Source of the DNA: Thalia democratica
Taxonomy: Eukaryota
Length of the DNA stretch: 64,000 bases
Direction of reading: 5' to 3'
Assembly: GCA_965202585.1 (NCBI GenBank)
Contig: OZ241834.1
Coordinates: forward strand, 25,668,001-25,732,000
In this document: piece by piece, positions 27,601-44,648 of the stretch
How positions within the stretch are numbered: position 1 is the stretch's first letter
How the letters are laid out: each line of letters begins with the position of its first letter
Translations under genes and position numbers: made by a program
The notes under the pieces: generated by a model
What the model saw: only the letters and a program-made list of their open reading frames with translations
What the model was told of the DNA's origin: nothing
Databases searched by the model: none

Positions 27601-28564
27601 TTTCAATTGTATGTTTGTTTTAAACAATCACTGTTGTTTACATTTATTTGATTGTTCAACTTTTAAACAGATCTTTATTGTTTCATTCGCATTCTGATAA
27701 ATAAGACTAATACACTTTTGACAATCAAACCTCCGTTAAATAACTACCATTGAGTATTTTTAATATCAATGCAAAGTAAAGTTTAATATAAGTCTCATTT
27801 AATATAATGTCTTATTTAAGCATAAATTTTTATGTAGTGACAGATCATTGTTTTTTTAATTAAACTAACAACAAATATCTATTGAGTGTTTTTAAATCAA
27901 GTCTACAAAACAAAACGAATAAGAATGAGTTTTGTTTAAACAATAAGTTAATTGTATTAATAAGTAATGTAAGTAATTGTAATAAGTAATGTATTCGTAA
28001 CTTTTTTAAACGTGTTACATGTCTTCAATTGCAATTAAATTGATAAGAAGAACATGTTCAAAAAGTTAAAGCTCGGTTGTGTTACTAAAAATCAACAACA
28101 ACTTAAAAATAAAGTCAAAACTAAGACTTTGCTGGTTATAAGTGATATACATTTTTGTTTAAAAAGATGACACTTTTTTGTAAGCACTTATTTATTGAAC
28201 TTTTTAACAGAACTTCAACAAATGAATAAAAGAAAGTCTTTTGTATAAAACGTATTCAGATGAAAAATCTTACGGACAACATAATCAAGTTAGCTAAACC
28301 TCTTTTACAAAGCATTTGATTACAAGCACTACTACTGTTTTTATCATATTAGACTAATGCAATGCTTTTTATACAACATAACGAGTTACAAATTTATAAA
28401 GCATTTAAAACAATAAAAATAGTGTGTTTATTTAAGTATTTGAATTTTTTATTTACACAAATAAGAACTTATTTGTACTAAGCTTATATTCTTGTACTTT
28501 AAGTAAGCATGAACAGCTGGTTCTATTCTAATGGTGGTCCTAAAAAGGACCGGTTGTTGAGCGT

Positions 28565-28924
28565 TTATTTTGAGCTGGTGTATTTGGTAACAGCTTTAGT
28601 TCCTTCTGAAACTGCGTGCTTTGACAACTCGCCGGGGAGCAAGAGCCTGACAGCAGTTTGAATTTCGCGGCTGCTAACAGTTGACCTCTTGTTGTAATGA
28701 GCCAAACGTGAAGCCTCTGCTGCAATGCGCTCGAAGATGTCGTTGACAAATGAGTTCATGATTCCCATTGCCTTGCTGGAAATTCCGGTGTCGGGGTGCA
28801 CTTGCTTCAAAACTTTGTACACGTAGATGCCAAAGCTTTCTTTGTTCCTCCTCCTTCGCTTCTTCTTGCCGTCGACCGGAGCGGTCTTGGCTACTGACTT
28901 CTTCGCGCCTTTGGTTGCTGTCAT
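28565..28924 (-). CDS. H2B: Histone H2B, unit 5
   Basis: Protein identical to unit 1. Confidence 0.97.
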   Translation of the reverse strand: MTATKGAKKSVAKTAPVDGKKKRRRRNKESFGIYVYKVLKQVHPDTGISSKAMGIMNSFVNDIFERIAAEASRLAHYNKRSTVSSREIQTAVRLLLPGELSKHAVSEGTKAVTKYTSSK

Positions 28925-29088
28925 GATGATGTGTGGACTTCTGTCTCGGCGCCGGTTTATATGCTGTAAAATTATGCAAATTAGCATAGTTCCGTACGCG
29001 AACGATAGCTGGTTTCTCTCACTTCACAATTCTCTCGTTTGTTGTAAATATTTTTGGTGGTCCTGAAAAGGACCTGGTTTTTTTTAAC

Positions 29089-29469
29089 TTAGGCTGACTT
29101 TTTTGAAGCGGTCTTCTTAGGCAATAGTACTGCCTGGATGTTTGGAAGAACACCACCTTGAGCAATTGTGACGCCTCCGAGAAGTTTGTTCAACTCTTCG
29201 TCGTTGCGAATAGCTAGTTGCAAATGGCGAGGAATGATCCTGCTTTTCTTGTTGTCACGAGCAGCGTTACCGGCAAGCTCGAGCACTTCTGCGCTCAAGT
29301 ACTCGAGAACGGCAGCCAGATAAACTGGAGCACCAGCTCCGACTCTTTGGCTGTAGTTGCCGGTGCGCAACAGGCGGTGCACGCGACCGACTGGAAACTG
29401 CAGTCCTGCACGGGAAGACCTGCTCTTCGGCTTAGATTTGAGTTTTGATCCTTTACTACGTCCTGACAT
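29089..29469 (-). CDS. H2A: Histone H2A, unit 5 (G4S)
   Basis: MSGRSKGSK... Confidence 0.96.
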   Translation of the reverse strand: MSGRSKGSKLKSKPKSRSSRAGLQFPVGRVHRLLRTGNYSQRVGAGAPVYLAAVLEYLSAEVLELAGNAARDNKKSRIIPRHLQLAIRNDEELNKLLGGVTIAQGGVLPNIQAVLLPKKTASKKSA

Positions 29470-29653
29470 TTTGTTGTTCGAATGATTGTGATGATAGCTT
29501 GCACAGCTCAATATACAACTCATACCTAACCGCGTCGAACGAACAACTAATTTGCATATGTCATAGCTAATGCTTAATCTTGTCACAAAAGTGTTGGAAA
29601 ACTTTTATATTGAATTAGGTGGTCCTAAAAAGGACCGGGTTTGCTAAAAGCGA

Positions 29654-30001
<348 letters not shown>

Positions 30002-30153
30002 TTATATACAAGCTGTTACGGACGCGTACGGTTAGTACTAACTAATTTGCATACTCAAAAAAGTCTCTTAACTTACATTTTTTCGTTCGGTTAAGTTTTT
30101 CTCACTGTCATAGTTTTAAGGTGGCCCTGAAAAGGACCGGTTTTAGCTAACGC

Positions 30154-30645
<492 letters not shown>

Positions 30646-30745
30646 CTAATTTGCATATTTTCAACTTACCATCGTTTTATGCATTTTGAGTTACGTTATA
30701 TTTTGTTTGAGTGGTCCTGAAAAGGACCTTGGGTAAAAGAACAAC

Positions 30746-31306
30746 TTATTTTTTGCAGCTCTTCTTCTTGGATGCTTTTTTGGCTGCCGGCTTCTTCTTG
30801 GTTACTTTCTTCTTCTTGCTTGCAGCTTTTTTAGATGCTGCCTTCTTAGGAGCGCACTTTTTAGCAGGTCGCTTTTTGGCTGCTGGTTTTTTTGCAGCCT
30901 TCTTGGGAGCACACTTCTTTTTTGGTTTTTTAGCTGGGGCCTTCTTTGCTGCTGGCTTTTTAGCTACTTTCTTTGTCCTCTTCTTGGGCCCAGCAGCTGG
31001 CATTGGAGCAAGCTTGAACGAGCCAGAAGCGCCTTTTCCAGTTGTCTGGAGAAAAGCACCTTTGGTCACGCCGCTGGTAAGTGCTCTCTTCAAGTGAGAA
31101 TTGGAAGCTGTGAGGTCAAGCTTGTAGGTGTCCACGATAAACTTTTGTATCTTCTGGCGGGATGTACCTTTTCGTTCCTTCATTGCTCCAAGGGCAGAGC
31201 TAATCATTTCCCTGTAAGTAGGGTGCTCTGCCTTCTTGGCGCTTGGTCTCTTAGAAGACCTGGCTGCGGCTGGCGCTGGTACTGCTGCTACTGCTGTGGT
31301 AGACAT
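30746..31306 (-). CDS. H1: Histone H1, unit 5 (FIVDT variant, single ATG)
   Basis: Translation. Confidence 0.95.
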   Translation of the reverse strand: MSTTAVAAVPAPAAARSSKRPSAKKAEHPTYREMISSALGAMKERKGTSRQKIQKFIVDTYKLDLTASNSHLKRALTSGVTKGAFLQTTGKGASGSFKLAPMPAAGPKKRTKKVAKKPAAKKAPAKKPKKKCAPKKAAKKPAAKKRPAKKCAPKKAASKKAASKKKKVTKKKPAAKKASKKKSCKK

Positions 31307-34300
31307 GATGAATGAATATTAAAGCGACCAAAACGATACTTGCAAGAGTTACTGACTGTGACGAATTGACTGTTGAGCAGTTATGCTTTGCAAGGTACCT
31401 TTTACTTCTTAATATAAGCATTAGCATGTTTGTTTAAGACATATATGCTTATAAAAACTTAGTTGTCTTATTACGAATGTTGAAAAAGTTCCAGTAAGAA
31501 AGAAACCATATCTAACTTGTTCTAAAAGTAATTTTTTTTAAAGCATTAGTTTGAAAAGTCCAGAAATAACAGCCTGTATCTTACAGCACACCTCTAAATA
31601 CATTAAGAAAAACATAAATGAAACAAAACATGTTAACACACTTCCGACTGAGTTTTCCTTTGCCGCTCACCTAAAGTAATAAAGTTTTAACAAAGCACAA
31701 GGTTTTTTTTACCTCAAACTTAAACAAAATTTCATTATTTCGATTTCATGGAGTTTTGTTAATCGTAAGTTCTATCAAGTATGTTCAAGTTAATTACAGT
31801 TTAAACTAATGTGTAAAAAGTAATTCCAAAAGAATAAAAGAGTTCATTTTGTTTAGCTTTACTAGTTATGATTACTCATAATCAATATACTCATAAGCAA
31901 TGTACTCAAAACTTTTATTAAACAGACAACTAGATAACTTTGTTCTTGCACATACTAGTAACTTACCTTACAACAAAGTTTTCCAAACAACCTTTCAAAA
32001 ACGTGCTGTACAGTAACTATGATGATACTTGTTTGAAAGTTGTAAACTACATTTAAACACAAATTTTATTTTTCAGTGTATATGAAAAACTAGTTTAACA
32101 GGTAAGTAGTTTAACATTCAATTAGTGTTTCAAACAACTGATTCAAGCTCTTATACAGTTTAAAAAATAATTGATGCAATTTTGCTCGTTAAACTTAAAC
32201 CTTGATCAAACTAAGAACTTTAACTTTGCAGATTTCAACCGAATAAAGTGTGCTGATAAAAGTGAACAAATGGATTTGGTTGTAAATTTTCCAAACAAAA
32301 TAAAGTTAATTAAATTCAAAGAAGTAAATAAGTCGAAAAAGCTTATGAACACTAGCACTAAATTTGAACTTTAACAAAAGCTGATACCTTTTGGATGAAA
32401 AATTTTACGTAAAAAAAGAGGTTGGTTTATTTTTTAAGCAGCATTATATACAAAATAAAATCGAGTAAGAAAATCGAAATGAAAAAGTTTTGAAATAAGA
32501 TTGACAAACTTAGTGTTTGAATAAAGCTTTGTTTACAATCAGCACTCATAACCTTTCAATCTATCTTTGAAACTTTTTAACTGGAAAATGATGCAATTAA
32601 GTTTTTTTTCAAACTTCTCATAAATTTAAAGTCAGTCGAAACAACATAGAACAACTTACTACTTTCTTGACACATATTTTGAAACAACAACAGTACTGTT
32701 TTTTAAAGTTTACGATTGAAGTGTTTACCACGTTAAACATGTGTTTTAACTGCTTTACTGCTAATAGTGATTTCCTAGTTTACTCAACCTAGATTAATCA
32801 TAATGTTCTGTACCATTGATTTCATTGACTTTTCATTGTTTTGCTTTTCAAAATTCGTAACTAGTTATCTCTAACTTACTGTTAATGTAGTTAAAAACAC
32901 AGCTTAGGATAAGTTACATTTTATTCTCGGATGTCGTTAAGAACATAGCTGTTGTAGCAATAACATATAAACTTGAAACAAAGTAACTGTTATCTTTTTC
33001 AATTATAGACCATATAAAACAAAGTATTTGCTTGATTCAAAGTTTTACATTGTTGTTTGCCTATTATGGAACTTGTACCATCACATAATAAGCTGTAAAA
33101 AAATGAAGGCTAAAAAAGTTTTGGTTTTGCTTTGTCCAGTTTTTTCTTCTTCTTTAGATTTATAAAAACTACACAGCTTAAAGCAACAAGTTACAGTAAT
33201 TTTATTTTACTTATGTATAGCGTACATAAGGGTAACAAACAAGTGGTAACAAGTTTTTTACTTCTTTTCTTTGTACCATGTTTTAGCTAATCAATTGGTT
33301 TATTTCATATGCTTGACAAGATTAGAAAGCTTAAATCAAGTAAGTAGATGTAAGCTTTGTAAAATAAAAGATTTATTTATACAAGTTCATCATTTTATTA
33401 AGGTATTTTGTTTTGTAAATTGTGTACTTGTTAATAGTGTTCTCTTCTTAACAATCGATGTTGTTTACATTTATGTGTTACACCAGTTTTGAATTGTTAA
33501 GCATGTTTCAGTTGTAGTTTAATTGTAATTGAACAGCATTTTTTAAGGACACTAAACATTGTTTGTTATTAACAGTTTAAAACGTTTTCAGTTAATAAGT
33601 CAAAGTTTTATTTTTATTTCTGTTTAAGCGTACTATTTTCATTGAAAAATACAAATAGATTTTACAGTGACGTAGGCACAGTATTTTTTTAATAAACTAA
33701 AAAACAAATGAAATATTGAATTAAAAAATGTCCACAAAGTTAATGAGAATAAGTTTTATTTGAAAAAGAAAGTTAAAAGGAAAAAGGCCACGAAAAAGAC
33801 ACTCAAGTTAGTTAAAGCTTTTCACTAAGCATTCGATAATAATAAGCAATAAAGTAAGGATTAGAGCAGTTATCTAGCTAGAGTTCCCTTCTTAACAGTT
33901 GCATAAAAAAAAGTATAGTAGAGAAATTTGGCAAGCTAGGTATTTAATAAATAATGGGTTTTATAATTTGGAAGGAAATATGTTTTTGATTCTTTATCAC
34001 CACAACGTTGATTAAGTATGTTTATTTGTGTTGTTGAGTTTAGTAGTCATTAGTAGCTTGTGTAATTAATTGGTGATCCACCTAATCTTTAGATTTAAAA
34101 AGTACAAACAAGTATCGTCGTCTTGAGTTGTCTCATACATAGTTTAAAAAAGAGTTACAAAAAATTGTAACAAGCTGTTCTTTTTTACCGTGGAATCATT
34201 TTGTAATTTGTCATAGCCACAGAAAAAATGAGTTCAACAAAACAAGTATGAGCTTTGTAAGCAGAAAGATTATTTCAATTGTATGTTTGTTTTAAACAAT

Positions 34301-35821
34301 CACCGTTGTCTACATTAGTTTGACTGTTCAACTTTTAAACAGTTTTTTATTGTTTCATTTGCATTCTGATAAATAAAACTAATACTTATTTGACAATCAG
34401 ACCTTAAATAAATATCATTGAGCATTTTTAGTATCAACGCAAAGTAAATTTTTCTTCTCATTTAATATAATGTCTTATTTAAGCATAAATTTTTATTTAG
34501 TGACAAATTTAAACTAACAACAAATATCTATTGAGTGTTTGAAAAACAAGTTTACAAAGTAAAATGAACTAGAATAAGTTTTGTTTAAACAATAAGTTAA
34601 ACAAGAAAATTCCCATTAAAAAACATTTTTACCTAACATTTAAATACTAGTGAAGCAGAAAAACTTATTCTACTTTATCAAAAGTAGTTTAAAATGTCAA
34701 GTATAACTACAAAAACTAAAGTAAGTGTAACTAACTAGTAGAAATAAAAACAGAGAAGTTCAGTTTTAGAAAGTTTATTTAGAAGTTATTGAAATACACT
34801 AACTGTTACTTTTTACCAACACGCACAATGTAGATATAAATTTGTACATTTTTTTGTCGCTTAGTTTAAGCTTGTTTGACACTGTTTACTCGACATTAGT
34901 CGCTGCTTAAATCAACTGGTGGTCCTGATTACTTTAGATATGTAGAAACATAACTTTCAACAAACTACTAGAGTTGTTAAAGGTCAGTAAGTTGTCTCAT
35001 ATCTAGTTAAAACAAGTACCTTTTACTTTGAAAACTAGAATAATAAATTACTTAAAAAAGTACAAGCAGCTACTTTTTTGTGTTTTACCAAGTTTCAACC
35101 AATGAGCTGGTTTGTTTTGTGTGTTTATGTTTTGAATTGAAATATGTTTCTTGAATATGCTAAACAGAAGTTAGCTTTGAAAGAAGGAATATGTTGTTTT
35201 ACTTGAAAACACATCTGTAATTTTTTGTTTTGAACAACCATTTTTGTATTCATTTATGTATTCGTAACTTTTTAAAACGTGTTACATGGCTTTAATTGCA
35301 GTTAAGTTGATAAGAAGTACTCGTTTAAAAAGTTAAAGCTCTGTTGTGTTACTAATAATCAACAACAACTTGAAATAAAGCTACAACTAAGTTTTTGCAT
35401 GTTATAAGTGATATACATTTTTGTTTAAAAAGATGATACTTTTTTGTAAGCACTTATTTATTGAATGTTTCAACAGAACTTCAGCAAATGAATAAAAACA
35501 AGTATTTTGTACAAAAAGTGTTCAGATGAAAAATCTTACGGACAACAAAATCAAGTTAGTTAAACATCTTTTACAAACCATTTGATTACAAGCACTACTA
35601 CTGTTTTTAGACTAATGCAATGCTTTTTCTACAATATAACGAGTTACAAGTTTATAAAGTATTTGAAATAAAAAAAAAGTGTGTTCATTCAAGTATATGA
35701 GTTTCCAATTTACACAAATAAGAATTTATTTGTACTAAGCTTATATTCTTGTACTTTAAGTAAACATGAACAGCTGGTTCTATTCAAATGGTGGTCCTAA
35801 AAAGGACCGGTTGTTTAACGT

Positions 35822-36181
35822 TTATTTTGAGCTGGTGTATTTGGTAACAGCTTTAGTTCCTTCTGAAACTGCGTGCTTTGACAACTCGCCGGGGAGCAAG
35901 AGCCTGACAGCAGTTTGAATTTCGCGGCTGCTAACAGTTGACCTCTTGTTGTAATGAGCCAAACGTGAAGCCTCTGCTGCAATGCGCTCGAAGATGTCGT
36001 TGACAAATGAGTTCATGATTCCCATTGCCTTGCTGGAAATTCCGGTGTCGGGGTGCACTTGCTTCAAAACTTTGTACACGTAGATGCCGAAGCTTTCTTT
36101 GTTCCTCCTCCTTCGCTTCTTCTTGCCGTCGACCGGAGCGGTCTTGGCTACTGACTTCTTCGCGCCTTTGGTTGCTGTCAT
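35822..36181 (-). CDS. H2B: Histone H2B, unit 6
   Basis: Protein identical to unit 1. Confidence 0.97.
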   Translation of the reverse strand: MTATKGAKKSVAKTAPVDGKKKRRRRNKESFGIYVYKVLKQVHPDTGISSKAMGIMNSFVNDIFERIAAEASRLAHYNKRSTVSSREIQTAVRLLLPGELSKHAVSEGTKAVTKYTSSK

Positions 36182-36345
36182 GATGATGTGTGGACTTCTG
36201 TCTCGGCGCCGGTTTATATGCTGTAAAATTATGCAAATTAGCATAGTTCCGTACGCGAACGATAGCTGGTTTCTCTCACTTCACAATTCTCTCGTTTGTT
36301 GTAAATATTTTTGGTGGTCCTGAAAAGGACCTGGTTTTTTTTAAC

Positions 36346-36726
36346 TTAGGCTGACTTTTTTGAAGCGGTCTTCTTAGGCAATAGTACTGCCTGGATGTTT
36401 GGAAGAACACCACCTTGAGCAATTGTGACGCCTCCGAGAAGTTTGTTCAACTCTTCGTCGTTGCGAATAGCTAGTTGCAAATGGCGAGGAATGATCCTGC
36501 TTTTCTTGTTGTCACGAGCAGCGTTACCGGCAAGCTCGAGCACTTCTGCGCTCAAGTACTCGAGAACGGCAGCCAGATAAACTGGAGCACCAGCTCCGAC
36601 TCTTTGGCTGTAGTTGCCGGTGCGCAACAGGCGGTGCACGCGACCGACTGGAAACTGCAGTCCTGCACGGGAAGACCTGCTCTTCGGCTTAGATTTGAGT
36701 TTTGATCCTTTACCACGTCCTGACAT
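36346..36726 (-). CDS. H2A: Histone H2A, unit 6
   Basis: Protein identical to unit 1. Confidence 0.97.
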   Translation of the reverse strand: MSGRGKGSKLKSKPKSRSSRAGLQFPVGRVHRLLRTGNYSQRVGAGAPVYLAAVLEYLSAEVLELAGNAARDNKKSRIIPRHLQLAIRNDEELNKLLGGVTIAQGGVLPNIQAVLLPKKTASKKSA

Positions 36727-36910
36727 TTTGTTGTTCGAATGATTGTGATGATAGCTTGCACAGCTCAATATACAACTCATACCTAACCGCGTCAAACGAA
36801 CAACTAATTTGCATATGTCATAGCTAATGCTTAATCTTGTCACAAAAGTGTTGGAAAACTTTTATATTGAATTAGGTGGTCCTAAAAAGGACCGGGTTTG
36901 CTAAAAGCGA

Positions 36911-37258
<348 letters not shown>

Positions 37259-37410
37259 TTATATACAAGCTGTTACGGACGCGTACGGTTAGTACTAACT
37301 AATTTGCATACTCAAAAAAGTCTCTTAACTTACATTTTTTCGTTCGGTTAAGTTTTTCTCACTGTCATAGTTTTAAGGTGGCCCTGAAAAGGACCGGTTT
37401 TAGCTAACGC

Positions 37411-37902
<492 letters not shown>

Positions 37903-38002
37903 CTAATTTGCATATTTTCAACTTAGCATTGTTTTATGCATTTTGAGTTACGTTATATTTTGTTTGAGTGGTCCTGAAAAGGACCTTGGGTAAAAGAACA
38001 AC

Positions 38003-38563
38003 TTATTTTTTGCAGCTCTTTTTCTTGGATGCTTTTTTGGCTGCCGGCTTCTTCTTGGTTACTTTCTTCTTCTTGCTTGCAGCTTTTTTAGATGCTGCCT
38101 TCTTAGGAGCGCACTTTTTAGCAGGTCGCTTTTTGGCTGCTGGTTTTTTTGCAGCCTTCTTGGGAGCACACTTCTTTTTTGGTTTTTTAGCTGGGGCCTT
38201 CTTTGCTGCTGGCTTTTTAGCTACTTTCTTTGTCCTCTTCTTGGGCCCAGCAGCTGGCATTGGAGCAAGCTTGAACGAGCCAGAAGCGCCTTTTCCAGTT
38301 GTCTGGAGAAAAGCACCTTTGGTCACGCCGCTGGTAAGTGCTCTCTTCAAGTGAGAATTGGAAGCTGTGAGGTCAAGCTTGTAGGTGTCCACGATAAACT
38401 TTTGTATCTTCTGGCGGGATGTACCTTTTCGTTCCTTCATTGCTCCAAGGGCAGAGCTAATCATTTCCCTGTAAGTAGGGTGCTCTGCCTTCTTGGCGCT
38501 TGGTCTCTTGGAAGACCTGGCTGCGGCTGGCGCTGGTACTGCTGCTACTGCTGTGGTAGACAT
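38003..38563 (-). CDS. H1: Histone H1, unit 6 (FIVDT variant)
   Basis: Translation. Confidence 0.95.
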   Translation of the reverse strand: MSTTAVAAVPAPAAARSSKRPSAKKAEHPTYREMISSALGAMKERKGTSRQKIQKFIVDTYKLDLTASNSHLKRALTSGVTKGAFLQTTGKGASGSFKLAPMPAAGPKKRTKKVAKKPAAKKAPAKKPKKKCAPKKAAKKPAAKKRPAKKCAPKKAASKKAASKKKKVTKKKPAAKKASKKKSCKK

Positions 38564-41500
38564 GATGAATGAATATTAAAGCGACCAAAACGATACTTGC
38601 AAGAGTTACTGACTGTGACGAATTGACTGTTGAGCAGTTATGCTTTGCAAGGTACCTTTTACTTCTTAATATAAGCATTAGCATGTTTGTTTAAGACATA
38701 TATGCTTATAAAAACTTAGTTGTCTTATTACGAATGTTGAAAAAGTTCCAGTAAGAAAGAAACCATATCTAACTTGTTCTAAAAGTAATTTTTTTTAAAG
38801 CATTAGTTTGAAAAGTCCAGAAATAACAGCCTGTATCTTACAGCACACCTCTAAATACATTAAGAAAAACATAAATGAAACAAAACATGTTAACACACTT
38901 CCGACTGAGTTTTCCTTTGCCGCTCACCTAAAGTAATAAAGTTTTAACAAAGCACAAGGTTTTTTTTACCTCAAACTTAAACAAAATTTCATTATTTCGA
39001 TTTCATGGAGTTTTGTTAATCGTAAGTTCTATCAAGTATGTTCAAGTTAATTACAGTTTAAACTAATGTGTAAAAAGTAATTCCAAAAGAATAAAAGAGT
39101 TCATTTTGTTTAGCTTTACTAGTTATGATTACTCATAATCAATATACTCATAAGCAATGTACTCAAAACTTTTATTAAACAGACAACTAGATAACTTTGT
39201 TCTTGCACATACTAGTAACTTACCTTACAACAAAGTTTTCCAAACAACCTTTCAAAAACGTGCTGTACAGTAACTATGATGATACTTGTTTGAAAGTTGT
39301 AAACTATATTTAAACACAAATTTTATTTTTCAGTGTATATGAAAAACTAGTTTAACAGGTAAGTAGTTTAACATTCAATTAGTGTTTCAAACAACTGATT
39401 CAAGCTGTTATACAGTTTAAAAAATAACTGATGCAATTTTGCTCGTTAAACTTAAACCTTGATCAAACTAAGAACTTAAACTTTGCAGATTTCAACCGAA
39501 TAAAGTGTGCTGATAAAAGTGAACAAATGGATTTGGTTGTAAATTTTTCAAACAAAATAAAGTTAATTAAATTCAAAGAAGTAAATAAGTCGAAAAAGCT
39601 TATGAACACTAGAACTAAATTTGAACAAAAGCTGATATTTTGGACGAAAAATTTTACGTAAAAAAAGAGGTTGGTTTATTTTTTAAGCAGCATTATATAC
39701 AAAACAAAATCGAGTAAGAAAATCGAAATGAAAAAGTTTTGAAATAAGATTGACAAACTTAGTGTTTGAATAAGGCTTTGTTTACAATTAGCACTCATAA
39801 CCTTTCAATCTATCTTTGAAACTTTTTAACTGGAAAATAATGCAGTTAAGTTTTTTTTCAAACTTTGTTTTGTCACTTCTCATAAATTTAAAGTCAGTCG
39901 AAACAACATAGAACAACTTAGTACTGTCTTTTAAAGTTTACGATTGAAGTGTTTACCAAGTTAAACATGTGTTTTAACTGCTTTACTGCTAATAGTAATT
40001 TCCTAGTTTACTCAACCTAGATTAATCATAATGTTCTGTACCATTGATTTCATTGACTAAATTTCATGATTTCATTGCTTTTCAAAATTCGTAACTAGTT
40101 ATCTCTAACTTACTGTCAATGTAGTTGAAAACACAACTTAGGATAAGTTACATTTTATTCTCGGATGTCGTTAAGAACATAGCTGTTGTAGCAATAACAT
40201 ATAAACTTGAAACAAAGTAACTGTTATCTTATTCAATTATAGACCATATAAAACAAAGTATTTGCTTGATTCAAAGTTTTACGTTGTTGTTTGCCTATTA
40301 TGGAACTTGTACTATCACATAATAAGCTGTGAAAAAATGAAGGTTAAAAAAGTTTTGGTTTTGCTTTGTCCAGTTTTTTCTTCTTCTTTAGATTTATAAA
40401 ACTACACAGCTTAAAGCAACAAGTTACAGTAATTTTAGTTTTCTTATGTATAGCGTACATAACAGTAACAAGCAAATAAGTTTTTTACTTCTTTTCTTTG
40501 CATCATGTTTCAGCTAATCAATTGGTTTATTTCATATGCTTGACAAGATCAGAAAGCTTAAATCAACTAAGTAGATGTAAGCTTTGTAAAATAAAAGATT
40601 TATTTATACAAGTTCATCATTTTATTAAGATATTTTGTTGTGTAAATTGTGTACTTGTTAATAGTGTTCTCTTTCTTTTGAACAATCGATGTTGTTTACA
40701 TTTATGTGTTACATCAGTTTTGAAATAGTTTCAGTTGTAATTTAATCGTAATTGAACAGTATTTTTTAAGGACACTAAACATTGTTTGTTATTAACAGTT
40801 TAAAACGTTTTCAGTTAATAAGTCAAAGTTTTATTTCTATTTCTGTTTAAGCGTACTATTTTCATTGAAAAATATAACTAGTTTTTACAGTGACGTAGGC
40901 ACAGCTTTTTTAAATAAACTAAAAAACAAATGAAATATTGAATTTAAAAAATTTCCACAAAGTAAGCATGAATGAGAATAAGTTTTGTTTTGAAAATAAA
41001 GTTAAAAGGAAAAAGTCTACGAAAAAGACACTCAAGTTAGTTAAAGCTTTTCACTAAGCACTCATTAATAGTAAGCAATAAAGTAAGGATTAGAGCAGTT
41101 ATCTAGCTAGAGTTCCCTTCTTAACAGTTGCATAAAAAAAAGTAAAGTAGAGAAATTGTAGCAAGCTAGGTATTTAATAAATAATGGGTTTATAGTTTGG
41201 AGGGAAATAGTTTTTTGATTCTTTTTCACCACAAAGTTGATTAAGTGTGTGTATTTGTGTTGTTGAGTTTAGTAGTCATTAGTAGCTTGTGTAATTAATT
41301 GGTGATCCACCTAATCTTTAGATTCAAAAAGTACATAGCTTAAAACAAACAAGTACAGTCGTTTTAAGTTGTCTCAAACATAGTTTAAAAAAGAGTTACA
41401 AAAAATGGTAACAAGCTGTTCTTTTTTGCCTTTGAATCATTTCGTAACTTGTCATAGCCACAGAAAAAAATGAGTCCAACAAAACAAGTATGAGCTTTGT

Positions 41501-42466
41501 AAAGAGAAAGATTATTTCAATTGTATGTTTGTTTTAAACAATCACTGTTGTTTACATTAATTTGATTGTTCAACTTTTAAACAGATCTTTATTGTTTCAT
41601 TTGCATTCTGATAAATAAGACTAATACACTTTTGACAATCAAACCTCCGTTAAATAACTACCATTGAGTATTTTTAATATCAATGCAAAGTAAAGTTTAA
41701 TATAAGTCTCATTTAATATAATGTCTTATTAAAGCATAAATTTTTATGTAGTGACAGATCATTGTTTTTTTAATTAAACTAACAACAAATATCTATTTAG
41801 TGTTTTTAAAACAAGTCTACAAAATAAAACGAATAAGAATGAGTTTTGTTTAAACAATAAGTTAATTGTATTAATAAGAAATGTAAGTAATTGTAATAAG
41901 TAATGTATTCGTAACTTTTTTAAACGTGTTACATGTCTTCAATTGCAATTAAATTGATAAGAAGAACATGTTCAAAAAGTTAAAGCTCGGTTGTGTTACT
42001 AATAATCAACAACAACAACTTAAAAATAAAGTCAAAACTAAGACTTTGCTTGTTATAAGTGATATGAATTTTTGTTTAAGAAGATGATACTTTTTTGTAA
42101 GCACTTATTTATTGAACTTTTTAGCAGAACTTCAACAAATGAATAAAAGTCTATTGATCTTACAGATGAAAAATCTTACGGACAACATAATCAAGTTAGC
42201 TAAACCTCTTTTACAAAGCATTTGATTACAAGCACTACTACTGTTTTTATCATATTAGACTAATGCAATGCTTTTTATACAACATAACGAGTTACAAATT
42301 TATAAAGCATTTAAAACAATAAAAATAGTGTGTTTATTTAGTTGAATTTTTAATTTACACAAATAAGAACTTATTTGTACTAAGCTTATATTCTTGTACT
42401 TTGAGTAAGCATGAACAGCTGTTTCTATTCTAATGGTGGTCCTAAAAAGGACCGGTTGTTGAGCGA

Positions 42467-42826
42467 TTATTTTGAGCTGGTGTATTTGGTAACAGCTTTA
42501 GTTCCTTCTGAAACTGCGTGCTTTGACAACTCGCCGGGGAGCAAGAGCCTGACAGCAGTTTGAATTTCGCGGCTGCTAACAGTTGACCTCTTGTTGTAAT
42601 GAGCCAAACGTGAAGCCTCTGCTGCAATGCGCTCGAAGATGTCGTTGACAAATGAGTTCATGATTCCCATTGCCTTGCTGGAAATTCCGGTGTCGGGGTG
42701 CACTTGCTTCAAAACTTTGTACACGTAGATGCCGAAGCTTTCTTTGTTCCTCCTCCTTCGCTTCTTCTTGCCGTCGACCGGAGCGGTCTTGGCTACTGAC
42801 TTCTTCGCGCCTTTGGTTGCTGTCAT
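42467..42826 (-). CDS. H2B: Histone H2B, unit 7
   Basis: Protein identical to unit 1. Confidence 0.97.
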   Translation of the reverse strand: MTATKGAKKSVAKTAPVDGKKKRRRRNKESFGIYVYKVLKQVHPDTGISSKAMGIMNSFVNDIFERIAAEASRLAHYNKRSTVSSREIQTAVRLLLPGELSKHAVSEGTKAVTKYTSSK

Positions 42827-42991
42827 GATGATGTGTGGACTTCTATCTCGGCGCCAGTTTATATGCTGAAAAATTATGCAAATTAGCATAGTTCCGTACG
42901 CGAACGATAGCTGGTTTCTCTCACTTCACAATTCTCTCGTTTGTTGTAAATATTTTTGGTGGTCCTGAAAAGGACCTGGTTTTTTTCTAAC

Positions 42992-43372
42992 TTAGGCTGA
43001 CTTTTTTGAAGCGGTCTTCTTAGGCAATAGTACTGCCTGGATGTTTGGAAGAACACCACCTTGAGCAATTGTGACGCCTCCGAGAAGTTTGTTCAACTCT
43101 TCGTCGTTGCGAATAGCTAGTTGCAAATGGCGAGGAATGATCCTGCTTTTCTTGTTGTCACGAGCAGCGTTACCGGCAAGCTCGAGCACTTCTGCGCTCA
43201 AGTACTCGAGAACGGCAGCCAGATAAACTGGAGCACCAGCTCCGACTCTTTGGCTGTAGTTGCCGGTGCGCAACAGGCGGTGCACGCGACCGACTGGAAA
43301 CTGCAGTCCTGCACGGGAAGACCTGCTCTTCGGCTTAGATTTGAGTTTTGATCCTTTACCACGTCCTGACAT
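42992..43372 (-). CDS. H2A: Histone H2A, unit 7
   Basis: Protein identical to unit 1. Confidence 0.97.
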   Translation of the reverse strand: MSGRGKGSKLKSKPKSRSSRAGLQFPVGRVHRLLRTGNYSQRVGAGAPVYLAAVLEYLSAEVLELAGNAARDNKKSRIIPRHLQLAIRNDEELNKLLGGVTIAQGGVLPNIQAVLLPKKTASKKSA

Positions 43373-43556
43373 TTTGTTGTTCGAATGATTGTGATGATAG
43401 CTTGCACAGCTCAATATACAACTCATACCTAACCGCGTCAAACGAACAACTAATTTGCATATGTCATAGCTAATGCTTAATCTTGTCACAAAAGTGTTGG
43501 AAAACTTTTATATTGAATTAGGTGGTCCTAAAAAGGACCGGGTTTGCTAAAAGCGA

Positions 43557-43904
<348 letters not shown>

Positions 43905-44056
43905 TTATATACAAGCTGTTACGGACGCGTACGGTTAGTACTAACTAATTTGCATACTCAAAAAAGTCTCTTAACTTACATTTTTTCGTTCGGTTAAGTT
44001 TTTCTCACTGTCATAGTTTTAAGGTGGCCCTGAAAAGGACCGGTTTTAGCTAACGC

Positions 44057-44548
<492 letters not shown>

Positions 44549-44648
44549 CTAATTTGCATATTTTCAACTTAGCATTGTTTTATGCATTTTGAGTTACGTT
44601 ATATTTTGTTTGAGTGGTCCTGAAAAGGACCTTGGGTAAAAGAACAAC